Shown here: positions 48,863 through 58,480 of the stretch, piece by piece
Layout: each line of letters begins with the position of its first letter
Numbering within the stretch: position 1 is the stretch's first letter
Assembly: GCA_964530335.1 (NCBI GenBank)
Contig: CAZGYG010000003.1
Coordinates: 23,792 to 87,791, forward strand
Direction: 5' to 3'
From: an uncultured Rhodospirillaceae bacterium
Lineage (GTDB): Bacteria; Pseudomonadota; Alphaproteobacteria; SP197
DNA length: 64,000 bases
Notes under the pieces: generated by a model
Seen by the model: only the letters and a program-made list of their open reading frames with translations
The model's database searches: none
Told to the model about the DNA's origin: nothing
Position numbers and translations under genes: made by a program

Positions 48863-50578
48863 TCAGCCGGTGCCGGTTTCGCCCAATCGTTCGGCGCGCA
48901 ACAGGGTGACGCGGCCGTCGGCCAGGCGATAGACCCGGTCGGCGGGGGCGGTCCAGGCCGGCTGGTGGGTGATGACCAGCACGGTCAGCCGTCCCGCCAG
49001 CTCGCGGATGTTGGCGACGATCGCGTCCTCGGTCGCCGGGTCGAGCGCGCTGGTCACCTCGTCGAGGATCAGCAGCCTGGGGCGGCGCACCAGCGCGCGG
49101 GCCAGCGCGATGCGCTGGCGCTGACCGCCCGAAAGCCGGGCCCCGCGCTCGCCGACGATCGTCGCCGTTCCTTCGGCGAGCTCGGCCACGAAGTCCGTGG
49201 CGCCGGCGGCGGCGAGCGCGGCGTCGACCTCCGCGTCGAGGGTCTCCTCGCCCAGGGTGACGTTGGCGGCGACGGTATCGTGGAACAGGAACAGCTCCTG
49301 GGGCACGTAGCCGGTCATCGCCCGCCACGCCGCGAGGTCGATGGCCTCGAGCGGCTGGCCGTCGACGGTCACGCGCCCGGTCGCGGGCCGGTACAAGCCC
49401 AGCAGCAGGTCGGCGATCGTGGTCTTGCCGGCGCCCGAGGGCCCCATGATGACGGTGAGCGAGCCCGCCGGGACCTCGAGCGAGACGTCGTCGAGCACCG
49501 GCCTGCCGCCGTAGTCGAAGCTGACGCGGTCGAGCGCCACGCCCGCGACGAGCGTCGGGGGCTTGCCCTTCGGCATTTCCTCGCGTTCCGCTTCCGCCTC
49601 GGCGATCGCATGCTTAAGCGCCCAAAACGCGGCCTCGCCGATCATCGCGGTCTGCACCTGCACCTGGATCTTGCCGATGGTGGCCACCGACCTGGCCATC
49701 AGGATCGCCATGACCACGAGCTGGGCGATCGGCACCGACCAGTACGTGAAGGCCGCGTAGAAGCCCGCGCACAGGAACAACGCGCCGAGCAGCTCCTGCA
49801 GGCTCTTGAGCGCCTGGCGGCTCACGACCTGGCGGCGCAGCGCCCGCTCGAGCCCGGCGGTGCTGACCTCGAGCACGCGGGCGAACCGGCCTTGGCGGCC
49901 CATGGCCTTCAAGAGCTTGATGCCGCCCAGCGCGGCGGTGAGCTGGGTCACCAGGGCGTGGGTGCGCTGGCTCTGCCGGCGCCCGGCGCGCTTGGCCATG
50001 CCGACCAGGGGCGACAGCGCGAGCGTGATCGCCGCGCCCGCGACGAGCGCGGCGACGGCGACCTGCCAGGACACCCAGAACGCGACCGTGACGTAGACGA
50101 TGACCTGCAATCCGGTGGTGATCGCCAGCGCCGCGGCCAGGTAGGCATCGGCCGCGCGGCTTCCCTCCAGGCTGACCAGGTTGGCGAAGCGCCCGACCGG
50201 CTGGCGCGTGAAGTACGCCCAGCGCACCTCGAGCAGGCGGGCGATCAGGTCGCGGCGCAACCCGGTGGCGACCATGGCGACCGTGAAGCCGACGTAGTTC
50301 ATGGCCAGCAGCGTAAGCAACGCCTTGACCACCAGCCCGGCCACGACGACGCCGAGCAGGATGCCGAGCTCGGGCGCGAGCCCGACGCTGGCGAGGGCGC
50401 CGGCGATGGCCCGCTCGACCGGGGAATCGCCGGCCTCGCCGGTGGCGATGGCGACGACCGGCACCAGGCTGGCCAGCCCGATGCCCTCCGCCAGCCCGGC
50501 CGCGAGAAGGCAGGCGAGCACCGCGAACCGGCGCGGCCCGGCGCCGGCGGCGAAGAACATGCGCAGGACTGCGGTCAT
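48863..50578 (-). CDS. ABC exporter, fused permease/ATPase (MsbA/type-I-exporter-like), canonical motifs
   Basis: [36 protein letters not shown]; 571 aa. Confidence 0.85.
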   Translation of the reverse strand: MTAVLRMFFAAGAGPRRFAVLACLLAAGLAEGIGLASLVPVVAIATGEAGDSPVERAIAGALASVGLAPELGILLGVVVAGLVVKALLTLLAMNYVGFTVAMVATGLRRDLIARLLEVRWAYFTRQPVGRFANLVSLEGSRAADAYLAAALAITTGLQVIVYVTVAFWVSWQVAVAALVAGAAITLALSPLVGMAKRAGRRQSQRTHALVTQLTAALGGIKLLKAMGRQGRFARVLEVSTAGLERALRRQVVSRQALKSLQELLGALFLCAGFYAAFTYWSVPIAQLVVMAILMARSVATIGKIQVQVQTAMIGEAAFWALKHAIAEAEAEREEMPKGKPPTLVAGVALDRVSFDYGGRPVLDDVSLEVPAGSLTVIMGPSGAGKTTIADLLLGLYRPATGRVTVDGQPLEAIDLAAWRAMTGYVPQELFLFHDTVAANVTLGEETLDAEVDAALAAAGATDFVAELAEGTATIVGERGARLSGGQRQRIALARALVRRPRLLILDEVTSALDPATEDAIVANIRELAGRLTVLVITHQPAWTAPADRVYRLADGRVTLLRAERLGETGTG

Positions 50579-50825
50579 GGCCGGGCCATCCTAAGGGCCG
50601 AGCGCCCGGCGGGCCAGCGCGTGGCGCGGTCGAAACCTTGGTCCGTGCCGGCATCGCGCGAAAAGCACGCACGGGGCGGCCAAGGATTGGCGTCGCTGAC
50701 CAGGTGTTCGACGTGCTAAACCGGCCGTACGAGCCGGCCGCCCGGGAATAACGGCCACCGAGCGGCGCTCTCTCGACACGGGAACGCCGCCCCATCGCGG
50801 GGCGGCCCACAAGGAGGACTCGACC

Positions 50826-51071
50826 ATGTTCTTGCGCTTGTTCTCGGCGTTGCTCGTCGTTCTCGCGCTCGCCTCGCCCGCGGTGGCGAGCCAATGTCCC
50901 TCGCTCGTGCAGAAGATCGACGACGCGGTGGCGGCGGGCACCAGCCTGTCGGCGGAGGATCTGGCCAAGGTCCAGGCCCTGCGCGACGAAGGCGAGGCGT
51001 TGCACGGCGCCGGCAGCCACGCCGATTCGGTCGCCAAGCTTCAGGAAGCCCTGGGGCTGCTTGGGATGTAG
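50826..51071 (+). CDS. Small secreted protein (81 aa) with signal peptide
   Basis: AAGGAGGA Shine-Dalgarno 7 nt upstream of the ATG; MFLRLFSALLVVLALASPAVAS signal peptide. Confidence 0.5.
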   Translation: MFLRLFSALLVVLALASPAVASQCPSLVQKIDDAVAAGTSLSAEDLAKVQALRDEGEALHGAGSHADSVAKLQEALGLLGM

Positions 51072-51084
51072 CTGACGGGCGGCT

Positions 51085-54000
51085 CTACTCGGCCGCCTTG
51101 GGCAGGGCGACGGGTTCGCGGCGCGCGCGGCGGCGATCCCCGCGGCGCCGCAACCACGTCGCGAGATCGGCGCGCAGGACCAGCGCCGCCGGCGTGACCA
51201 CGAGGGTGAGCACGGTGGCGAACGTGAGCCCGATGCCGATGGCGCTGGCAAGCTGGGTCCACCACTGGGTCGCCGGTGCGCCGACGCTCACGTCGCGGCC
51301 GATGAAGTCGACGTTCACCCGGAACATCATGGGCAGCAGGCTGATGACGTTCGACCCGGCGGTCAGCATCACCGGGCGCAGGCGCTGCGCCCCGGTCTTA
51401 AGGATGGCCTCGCGCACCGTGGGCTCGGTCATCTTGAGCCGGTCGAAGGTGTCGATCAGCACGATGTTGTTGTTGACCACGATGCCGGCCAGCGCGATCA
51501 CCCCGATGCCGGTCATGACGATGCCGAACGGCTGGCCGGTGATGATCAACCCGACGAACACCCCGATCGTCGACATCACGACCGCCGAAAGGATCAGGAA
51601 CGTCGAGTAGAAGCTGTTGAACTGCGCCACCATGATGATGGTGATCAGGAACAGCGCGGCGGCGAACGCCTTGCCGAGGAAGGCCTCGGCGGCGAGCTGC
51701 TCCTCGTTCTCGCCCTTGAAGGCGACGGAAACGGCGGGGTCGAGCTCGGCCTCGTCGAGCCAGGCCTGGATCTCGCGCACCTTGTCGTCGACCAGGATGC
51801 CCGGCGCCACGTCGGCGCGCACGTGCAGCACGCGGCGGCCGTCGACCCGGTCGATCTGGCTAACGCGCGGCGCCGCGCGGCGCTCGACGAAGCCCTCGAG
51901 CGGCACGGCGATGCCCGCCGCGTTGACCATGCGCACCCGGTCGAGCCGGCTGATCGAGCGGTCCGCCTGGGGATAGCGGGCGCGGATGTCGATCTCGTCG
52001 TCGGCGTCGTCGGGCCGGTAGGTGCCGAACAGGATGCCGTTGGTGACGAGCTGGATGGCCTGGCCGACGTTGGCCACGTCGGCGCCGAACTTGGCGGCCT
52101 GGGCGCGATCGACCGCGAGCTCCCAGGTGATGCCGGGCGTCGCCCGGCTGTCCTCGATGTCGACCAGCCCGGGTATCGCCTCCATGGCGGCGCGCACGCG
52201 CGCCACCGCCGGTTCGAGCCGCGCCGGATCGCGCGCGGCGAGCTCCAGGTCGATCGGCTTGCCCACCGGCGGGCCGGCCTCCTGCTGGCGCGGCTCGACG
52301 ACGATGCCGGCCAGATCGCGGGTGCGTTCGCGCACCTCGGCCAGCACCTGGCTCGCGGGGCGGCGCTGGTCCCAGGGGCGGAACTCGAGCTGGATCAGCC
52401 CGATGATGTCCTCGGCGAGGTCCGAACCCTGGCCCTGCTGGCCGCTGCGCGCGTAGACCGAGGCAAGCTCGGGCATGTCGAGAATGCGCGCCTCGACCTC
52501 GCGCACCAGGGCGTCCTGCTCGTGCACGGAAAGATTGCCGCGGGCGTGGATCTGCAGCACCGCCAGGTCGGGCTCGACCTCGGGGAAGAACTCGACCCCA
52601 TTGCCGTGCAGCGCGTAGTAGCCCTGGATGCCGACCAGGGCGACGACGGCACCGAACACGACCAGGGCCGGGCGGCGCAACGCACGGTCGAGCACGCGCA
52701 CGTAAAACCCGGTCGCGCCACCGAGCGCGCGCAGGTCCATCTTCTCGTCGGCGGCGAGCGCCTGCAGGGTCAGCCCGCCGTGGACCGCCGGCCGGCCGAA
52801 GATCGAGCCGAGCGTCGGCGTGAACAGGAGCGCGATCAGGACCGAGGCGGCGAGGGTCGCGATGAGCGTCAGCGGCATGTAGTACATGTACTCGCCGACC
52901 ACGCCGGGCCAGAACATGAGCGGCACGAACGCGGCGAGCGTCGTCGCGGTGCCGGCGACGATCGGCCCGGACATGCGCTTGGCCGCCAGCCCGTAGGCCG
53001 CGCGCCGGCCCACGCCTTCGGCCATCTTCCGCTCGGCGTACTCGGTGACGATGATCGCGCCGTCGACCAGCATGCCGAGCGCCAGGATCAGGCTGAACAG
53101 GACGACGACGTTGATGGTCAGCCCCATGGCGGCCAGCACCAGGATGCCGGCCAGGAACGACGACGGCACCGCGAAGCCGACCAGCGCCGCCGAACGCCAG
53201 CCCAGCGCCGCGACGACGACCACCCCCAGCAGCACGATGCCGCTGATCAGGTTGTTCTGCAGGTCGAGCAGCATGTCGCGGATGTTCACCGATTCGTCCT
53301 GCAGGTAGTTGACCGCGACGCCCGGCGGCCAGGTCGCGCGCTCGGCCTCGACCACGGCGCGCACCCGCTCGATCGTCTCGATGATGTTCTCGCCGCTGCG
53401 CTTGACGACCTCGATCGCCAGCGCCGGGCGGCCGTCGACCCGGGCGAAGCCGGTCGGATCCTTGAAGGTGCGGCGCACGGTCGCGATGTCGCCGACCGTG
53501 ACCACCGCGTCGCCGCGCACGACCACGGGCATGGTCAGGATGTCCCGGACCGTCTCGAACAGGCCGGGAATCTTGATCGCGAAGCGGCCGGCGCCGGTAT
53601 CGAGCGCGCCGGCGGCGACCAGCCGGTTCGAGCGCGCCACGGCGTTGACGATGTCGTTGCCCGAAATCCGGTAGCTCTCGACGCGCAGCGGGTCGATCTC
53701 GACCTCGACCAGCTCCTCGCGCTCGCCCGCGATCTCGGCCTTGAGCACACTCGGGATGCCTTCGATGGCGTCCTCGAGGTCGTGCGCGAGGCGCAGCAGC
53801 GTGCGCTCGGGCACGTCGCCCGCGAGCGTCACCACCAGGACGGGGAACAGGCTCAGGTTGATCTCGTTGACCGTCGGCTCGTCGGCGTCCTCGGGCAGCT
53901 CGGCCTTGGCGATATCGACCTTCTCGCGCACGTCGGCGAGCGCCTGGTCGACGTCCTGGCCGGCCCAGAATTCGAGGATCACGTTGGCGCCGCCCTCGAA

Positions 54001-54255
54001 CGCGGTCGAGCGCATCTCCTTGATGCCCTCGATCGACGCCAGCTCCTGCTCCATGGGCTTGACCAGCAGGCGCTCGGCGTCGCCGGGCGAGATGCCTTCG
54101 TGGGCCAGCGACACGTAGATGGTCGGGATGACGATGTCCGGATCCGATTCCTTCGGGATGCGGTCGTAGGCGTAGGCCCCCGCCGCCAGGATCAGCAGAA
54201 AGGCGAACACGACCAGCCGGCGCCGGTCGAGCGCGGCGTCGATCAGCCAGCTCAT
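51085..54255 (-). CDS. RND efflux transporter permease (AcrB/HAE1 family)
   Basis: 1056 aa, 12-TM RND architecture; ATGA overlap with the adaptor stop. Confidence 0.9.
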   Translation of the reverse strand: MSWLIDAALDRRRLVVFAFLLILAAGAYAYDRIPKESDPDIVIPTIYVSLAHEGISPGDAERLLVKPMEQELASIEGIKEMRSTAFEGGANVILEFWAGQDVDQALADVREKVDIAKAELPEDADEPTVNEINLSLFPVLVVTLAGDVPERTLLRLAHDLEDAIEGIPSVLKAEIAGEREELVEVEIDPLRVESYRISGNDIVNAVARSNRLVAAGALDTGAGRFAIKIPGLFETVRDILTMPVVVRGDAVVTVGDIATVRRTFKDPTGFARVDGRPALAIEVVKRSGENIIETIERVRAVVEAERATWPPGVAVNYLQDESVNIRDMLLDLQNNLISGIVLLGVVVVAALGWRSAALVGFAVPSSFLAGILVLAAMGLTINVVVLFSLILALGMLVDGAIIVTEYAERKMAEGVGRRAAYGLAAKRMSGPIVAGTATTLAAFVPLMFWPGVVGEYMYYMPLTLIATLAASVLIALLFTPTLGSIFGRPAVHGGLTLQALAADEKMDLRALGGATGFYVRVLDRALRRPALVVFGAVVALVGIQGYYALHGNGVEFFPEVEPDLAVLQIHARGNLSVHEQDALVREVEARILDMPELASVYARSGQQGQGSDLAEDIIGLIQLEFRPWDQRRPASQVLAEVRERTRDLAGIVVEPRQQEAGPPVGKPIDLELAARDPARLEPAVARVRAAMEAIPGLVDIEDSRATPGITWELAVDRAQAAKFGADVANVGQAIQLVTNGILFGTYRPDDADDEIDIRARYPQADRSISRLDRVRMVNAAGIAVPLEGFVERRAAPRVSQIDRVDGRRVLHVRADVAPGILVDDKVREIQAWLDEAELDPAVSVAFKGENEEQLAAEAFLGKAFAAALFLITIIMVAQFNSFYSTFLILSAVVMSTIGVFVGLIITGQPFGIVMTGIGVIALAGIVVNNNIVLIDTFDRLKMTEPTVREAILKTGAQRLRPVMLTAGSNVISLLPMMFRVNVDFIGRDVSVGAPATQWWTQLASAIGIGLTFATVLTLVVTPAALVLRADLATWLRRRGDRRRARREPVALPKAAE

Positions 54256-55307
54256 GGCGCCGCGACGGCCGTGACGCGCTGGCCCGCGCTCACGTACTCC
54301 TGTCCGACCACGATCACCGTGGCGCTGGGCGCGAGCCCGGTGATCCAGACGCCCTCGGGCCCGTCGCCGACCAACGCGACCGGGTGAAAGGCGACCAGGC
54401 CGTCCGCTTCGACGGTCTTGACGCCGACCGTGCCGTCGTCGGCCAGCGTGAGCACGGCGGGCGAGAGGAGGTGCGCGGGCACGGCGTCGGTGGCCAGCTC
54501 GAGCTCGGCGGTGACGCCGGCGGCGATCGCGCCCCTTGGGTTGGCGACCTCGAGCTCGACGCGGAAGGTGTGGGTCGCCGGGTCCGCGACGCGGCCGATG
54601 TAGCGAATCCGGCCCTCGACGGTCTGCCCGGTGATCAGGCGCGCGACCGCGCTCTCGCCGACGACGAACCGGCCGGCGTCGCGTTCGGTGATCTCGGCCG
54701 CGACCAGGATCGGGTCGAGATCGACGACGTAGGCGACGGCGTCGCCGACGCGAACGAAATCGCCGACCTCGACGTCGCGGCGCTCGACGACGCCGTCGAA
54801 CGGCGCCCGCAAGCTGGTCCGCGCCAGGTCGAGCTCGATGGCGGCGAGCTCGGCCTCGGCCTCCTTGGCGTCCGCCGCCATCTCCGCCGTGCGCACCTCG
54901 GTCTGGTAGCCCTGGCTCATCAGGGTCAGCGCGGCGTCGAGCTCGATGGTCCGCTGCTCCAGCCGCGCCCGGGCCTCGGCCAGGCGTGCCGGGCGGTCGT
55001 CCTCGGCCAGGCGCGCGATCGGCTCGCCGGCGGCGATGCCCGCGCCCTCCGCCGCCAGGATCTCGGCGACGTGGCCCTCGGTCTCGGCGCGCACCACGAC
55101 GGCGCGCGACGGCTCGGTGCGACCCAGCACCGCGATCGCTTCGGCGCGCGGCAAGGCTTGCGACACCCGGACGCGGACTTCCGGCAGTGGGGCTTCGGCG
55201 GGCGCAGCGACGCTCGCGGTCCGCGACGACGAGGTGAACTCACCCGAGGCGACCCACAGCGCGGCCGCCACGGCCAGGAAGAACGCGAGCACGATGGACT
55301 TGTTCAT
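54252..55307 (-). CDS. RND efflux periplasmic adaptor (membrane fusion protein)
   Basis: Start at ATG MNKSIVLAFFLAVAAALWVASG (signal anchor); coiled-coil plus beta-barrel adaptor pattern. Confidence 0.85.
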   Translation of the reverse strand: MNKSIVLAFFLAVAAALWVASGEFTSSSRTASVAAPAEAPLPEVRVRVSQALPRAEAIAVLGRTEPSRAVVVRAETEGHVAEILAAEGAGIAAGEPIARLAEDDRPARLAEARARLEQRTIELDAALTLMSQGYQTEVRTAEMAADAKEAEAELAAIELDLARTSLRAPFDGVVERRDVEVGDFVRVGDAVAYVVDLDPILVAAEITERDAGRFVVGESAVARLITGQTVEGRIRYIGRVADPATHTFRVELEVANPRGAIAAGVTAELELATDAVPAHLLSPAVLTLADDGTVGVKTVEADGLVAFHPVALVGDGPEGVWITGLAPSATVIVVGQEYVSAGQRVTAVAAP

Positions 55308-55447
55308 GGGCCCCGTCGCTGGGTCGCGGGCTAGGCCGGCCGGCCCCCGCCTATCTCCCGGCGTGGCTGACCGGCCGAGGAAACGCCGAGGAAACATAGT
55401 GTCGCGGCCGGGGTCGCGCCACCCCGGCCGCTACGCCCGCGCCGGGG

Positions 55448-55621
55448 TCAGAGCGGGCGCGAGCGGAGGTCGAACAGGATGCCCCTGGCGGCCAGTCCGA
55501 TCTGCTCGCGACCAAGCCCGATGTCGGCGAGCAGCCGATCGGACAGGCCTTCGAGTTCCGCGCGCGCCCGACGCGAGCGGTGCCAGTCGCGAACCCGGCG
55601 TAGCATGGCAAGTGCCAGCAT
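55448..55621 (-). CDS. DUF1127-domain small protein (57 aa)
   Basis: MLALAMLRRVRDWHRSRRARAELEGLSDRLLADIGLGREQI matches the Trp/Arg-rich DUF1127 signature; GGGAG Shine-Dalgarno 8 nt upstream of the ATG. Confidence 0.55.
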   Translation of the reverse strand: MLALAMLRRVRDWHRSRRARAELEGLSDRLLADIGLGREQIGLAARGILFDLRSRPL

Positions 55622-55675
55622 GATGATATCTCCCACGTTTTGGCGGGGATCCGAACCCTGCGTCCGATCCCGTTG

Positions 55676-55700
55676 TGTGGGATAATGTGGTTAATTGTGG
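55676..55700. promoter_or_regulatory. Three direct repeats (A/T)(A/T)TGTGG at exactly 10-bp spacing (TTGTGTGG GATAATGTGG TTAATTGTGG) upstream of the DUF1127 gene
   Basis: Seen in sequence; helical-phase periodicity; AT-richer context; 55-80 bp upstream of the small-protein start. Confidence 0.5.
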
Positions 55701-55740
55701 TTTTTGCAGTAGCGATATTGCAGCGCAACAGATATGCGTT

Positions 55741-56643
55741 TTACGCATACTTCGCTTCGTCGAAATCGTGCCCGGTGAGCCGTGCGAAGGCCTCGAGGTA
55801 GCGGCTTCGAGTGCCCACGACCACGGACTCGGGCAGCGCCGGGCCAGGGGCCGCCTTGTTCCAGCCGCGCGGCCCTTCGAGCCAGTCGCGCAGGAACTGC
55901 TTGTCGAACGACGGCGGGGTGTCGCCCGGCGTGACCGCGTCGGCCGGCCAGAAGCGCGAGCTGTCGGGCGTCAGCGCCTCGTCGACCAAGGTGATGGCGC
56001 CGTCGATCAGGCCGAACTCGAACTTGGTGTCGGCGATCGCGATGCCGCGCTCCTCCGCGTATCGCGCGGCCCGGCCGTAAAGCGCGAGCGTGAGCTCGGC
56101 GAGTTGGGACGCGGTGGCCCGGCCGAGCGCCTCGACCATGGTCGCGAACGGCACGTTCTGGTCGTGACCGGATGTTGCCTTGGTGGCCGGCGTGAACACC
56201 GGGTTCGGCAGCCGGTCGGCGTGCCGCAACCCGCCCGGCAGGGGCACGCCGCAGATCGCGCCGCTTGCTTGGTAGTCCTTCCAACCGCTGCCGGCGAGCC
56301 AGCCGCGCGCGACGCACTCGAAGGGGAACACCCGGGCCTTGCGCACCACCAGGGCGCGGCCGGCCAGCAGCGCGCGTTCGTCCGCGTCGAGGTCCATGCC
56401 GGCAAGGTCCTCGCCGACGACGTGGTTCGGCGCCACGTCCGCCAGCAGGCGGAACCAGAACAGGCTGAGTTGGGTGAGTATTCGCCCCTTGTCGGGGATC
56501 GGCGTCGGCATGACCACGTCGAATGCGCTGATGCGGTCGGTCGCCACGATCAGCAGCCGGTCGCCCAGATCGTACAGATCTCGTACCTTGCCGCGCCCGA
56601 TCAGCGGCACGCGGCGCAACGCCGTCTCGAACACCGCGCTCAC
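55741..56643 (-). CDS. purC: Phosphoribosylaminoimidazole-succinocarboxamide synthase (SAICAR synthetase)
   Basis: LIGRGKVRDLYDLGDRLLIVATDRISAFD signature; GTG start with GGAGAGGA Shine-Dalgarno. Confidence 0.9.
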   Translation of the reverse strand: MSAVFETALRRVPLIGRGKVRDLYDLGDRLLIVATDRISAFDVVMPTPIPDKGRILTQLSLFWFRLLADVAPNHVVGEDLAGMDLDADERALLAGRALVVRKARVFPFECVARGWLAGSGWKDYQASGAICGVPLPGGLRHADRLPNPVFTPATKATSGHDQNVPFATMVEALGRATASQLAELTLALYGRAARYAEERGIAIADTKFEFGLIDGAITLVDEALTPDSSRFWPADAVTPGDTPPSFDKQFLRDWLEGPRGWNKAAPGPALPESVVVGTRSRYLEAFARLTGHDFDEAKYA

Positions 56644-56943
56644 GATCCGTCCTCTCCAGGCACGACGAAGTGTCGATCCAAACAGGCGCCGCGCGCACAA
56701 GGGCGCGGATGCGTCCGCCCTGTCAAGCTCGATGGGCGCGCACCGCCGCGGCCAGTTCTTGTGAAATCAGGCCCCAAGAAATCTGGCGATTTGTGCGGCG
56801 CACACAATCAGAATTTAGATATGCGCGTCATGCATAGAATGAACTCGCGCCTTGCGGTCCTGGCGCCTCGGCCACGCCTGACCAGTACTTGCCAGAGCCC
56901 CTGGCGCGGGCCACCTTGGGCGTGATCCACCAGGGAATCGGTC

Positions 56944-57672
56944 ATGCGCATTCTCGTGATTCAGAACAACGCCAAGAGCGAGCTCGGCGCGATCGGCGAG
57001 GTGACCCTGCGGCGGCGGGTCGAGACCGTGCTCAACGACGCCGATCGCGGCGATCCGACGCCCGGCGATGATCGCGGCTTCGACGGGCTCCTGGTGCTCG
57101 GGGGCGCGATGAACGCCGACGAGCACGAGGCATTCCCGCACTTGCCCGAGACCGTCCGCCTGATCCACCAGTTCCACGGGGCCGCCAAGCCGATCATCGG
57201 CATCTGCCTCGGCGGCCAGCTGCTCGCGCGGGCGTTCGGCAAGCCGGTGCACCGGCATGGCGGTCACGAGCGGGGCTTCAGGCAACTGCGCAAGACCGCG
57301 GCGGCCGCGACCGATCCCCTGCTCCGCGACATGCCCGACGAGCTCCAGCTTTTCCAGTTCCACGAGGACACCTTCGAAGTGCCCGACCGTGCCGCCCACC
57401 TCCTGACCGGCGAGTTGCCCAACCAGGGCTTTCGGGTCGGCGACTCGACCTGGGGGTTCCAGTGCCACTTCGAGATCACCGAGGCGCTTTGGCGCTCGTG
57501 GCACGACGTGAGCCGCGACTACATCGCGCGCGTCGACCCCGACTTCACCCGGCGCATGGCGGCGGACATGCCGCGCTACATGGCCGGCAGCCGTGAGTTT
57601 TGCCACCGGGTGACCGAACGGTGGCTCGACCTGGTGGCGGAACGGCGCGTCCCGTTGGCCGCCGGCGCGTAG
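56944..57672 (+). CDS. Class I glutamine amidotransferase-like protein
   Basis: GICLGGQLL catalytic-Cys motif. Confidence 0.8.
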   Translation: MRILVIQNNAKSELGAIGEVTLRRRVETVLNDADRGDPTPGDDRGFDGLLVLGGAMNADEHEAFPHLPETVRLIHQFHGAAKPIIGICLGGQLLARAFGKPVHRHGGHERGFRQLRKTAAAATDPLLRDMPDELQLFQFHEDTFEVPDRAAHLLTGELPNQGFRVGDSTWGFQCHFEITEALWRSWHDVSRDYIARVDPDFTRRMAADMPRYMAGSREFCHRVTERWLDLVAERRVPLAAGA

Positions 57673-57687
57673 CTTGCCGGGCCGGAT

Positions 57688-58341
57688 TCACGCGGCGCCG
57701 GCGTAACCGGCGTAGTGCGTAATGTAATAGGCCGCGTCGTTGGCGATGGCGCGCACCGAGGCGCGGTCCGCCATGGCGGCCATCCAGGCCCGCAGGCGCC
57801 GGCACTCGGCGGGCACCTCGATGCCACGGTAATGCCGCCACGCCGGCAGCCGCTCGAAGAATGGATAGTAGGCGAAGTCGACGAGCGTCGGCGTGGCGCC
57901 GAGCCAGTAAGGCCCGTCGCCGTTGCGCGCCATGCCGTCGCGCTCGATGGTCAAGAGTCGACGCTCGATGCCCCCGCGCAGCTCCGCCGCCTTGGCCGCG
58001 TCCTGCTCCTTGAGCAGGGCGTAATGCTCGTCGAGCGTCTGGTTGTCGAGGTAGTCGATCCAGACGCGCACGAGCGCGCGCAGGCCGGGCTGCGTCGGCA
58101 TCAAGGCCGGCGCGGGGAACGTCTCGTCCAGGTACTCGTTGATGATCGCGCTCTCGTAGACGACGGTCGTGCCGTGCACCAGGGCCGGCACCCGGCCGTA
58201 GGGCGAGACCGCCAGGAAGCGCGCCGGCTTGTTCTTGAAGTCGATCTCGGTCAGCCGGGCCTCGACGCCCTTCTCCAGCAGCACCAGCCGGGTGCGATGA
58301 GCGAACGGGCAGATGCGCGCGGTGAACAACTCGATGGACAT
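57688..58341 (-). CDS. Glutathione S-transferase
   Basis: MSIELFTARICPFAHRTRLVL GST N-terminal thioredoxin-like motif; GGAGG Shine-Dalgarno. Confidence 0.85.
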   Translation of the reverse strand: MSIELFTARICPFAHRTRLVLLEKGVEARLTEIDFKNKPARFLAVSPYGRVPALVHGTTVVYESAIINEYLDETFPAPALMPTQPGLRALVRVWIDYLDNQTLDEHYALLKEQDAAKAAELRGGIERRLLTIERDGMARNGDGPYWLGATPTLVDFAYYPFFERLPAWRHYRGIEVPAECRRLRAWMAAMADRASVRAIANDAAYYITHYAGYAGAA

Positions 58342-58480
58342 GGGGGCCTCCGGTCCGTCGGTTCGACGCGAACGCGAGCCTAACATCTCACCGCCGCCGC
58401 CACTATCCCGACTTTGCAACCGTGCCGCCAAGCCGCACGTCGCACGACCGTGGTCGTGTTATTCTCGCGCTCCGCTGTAG

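Noticed and set aside
55734-55748. Perfect palindrome ATGCGT-TTT-ACGCAT straddling the purC stop codon as a terminator
   Set aside because: The 6-bp stem is AT-containing with no downstream U-tract on the purC strand. More likely coincidental or a protein-binding site; low support.
56791-56807. TTGTG-N7-CACAA inverted repeat in the purC/amidotransferase divergent intergenic region as a PurR-type operator
   Set aside because: It does not match the known PurR box. It could be a CRP/FNR-like half-site pair, but the evidence is a single short imperfect repeat.
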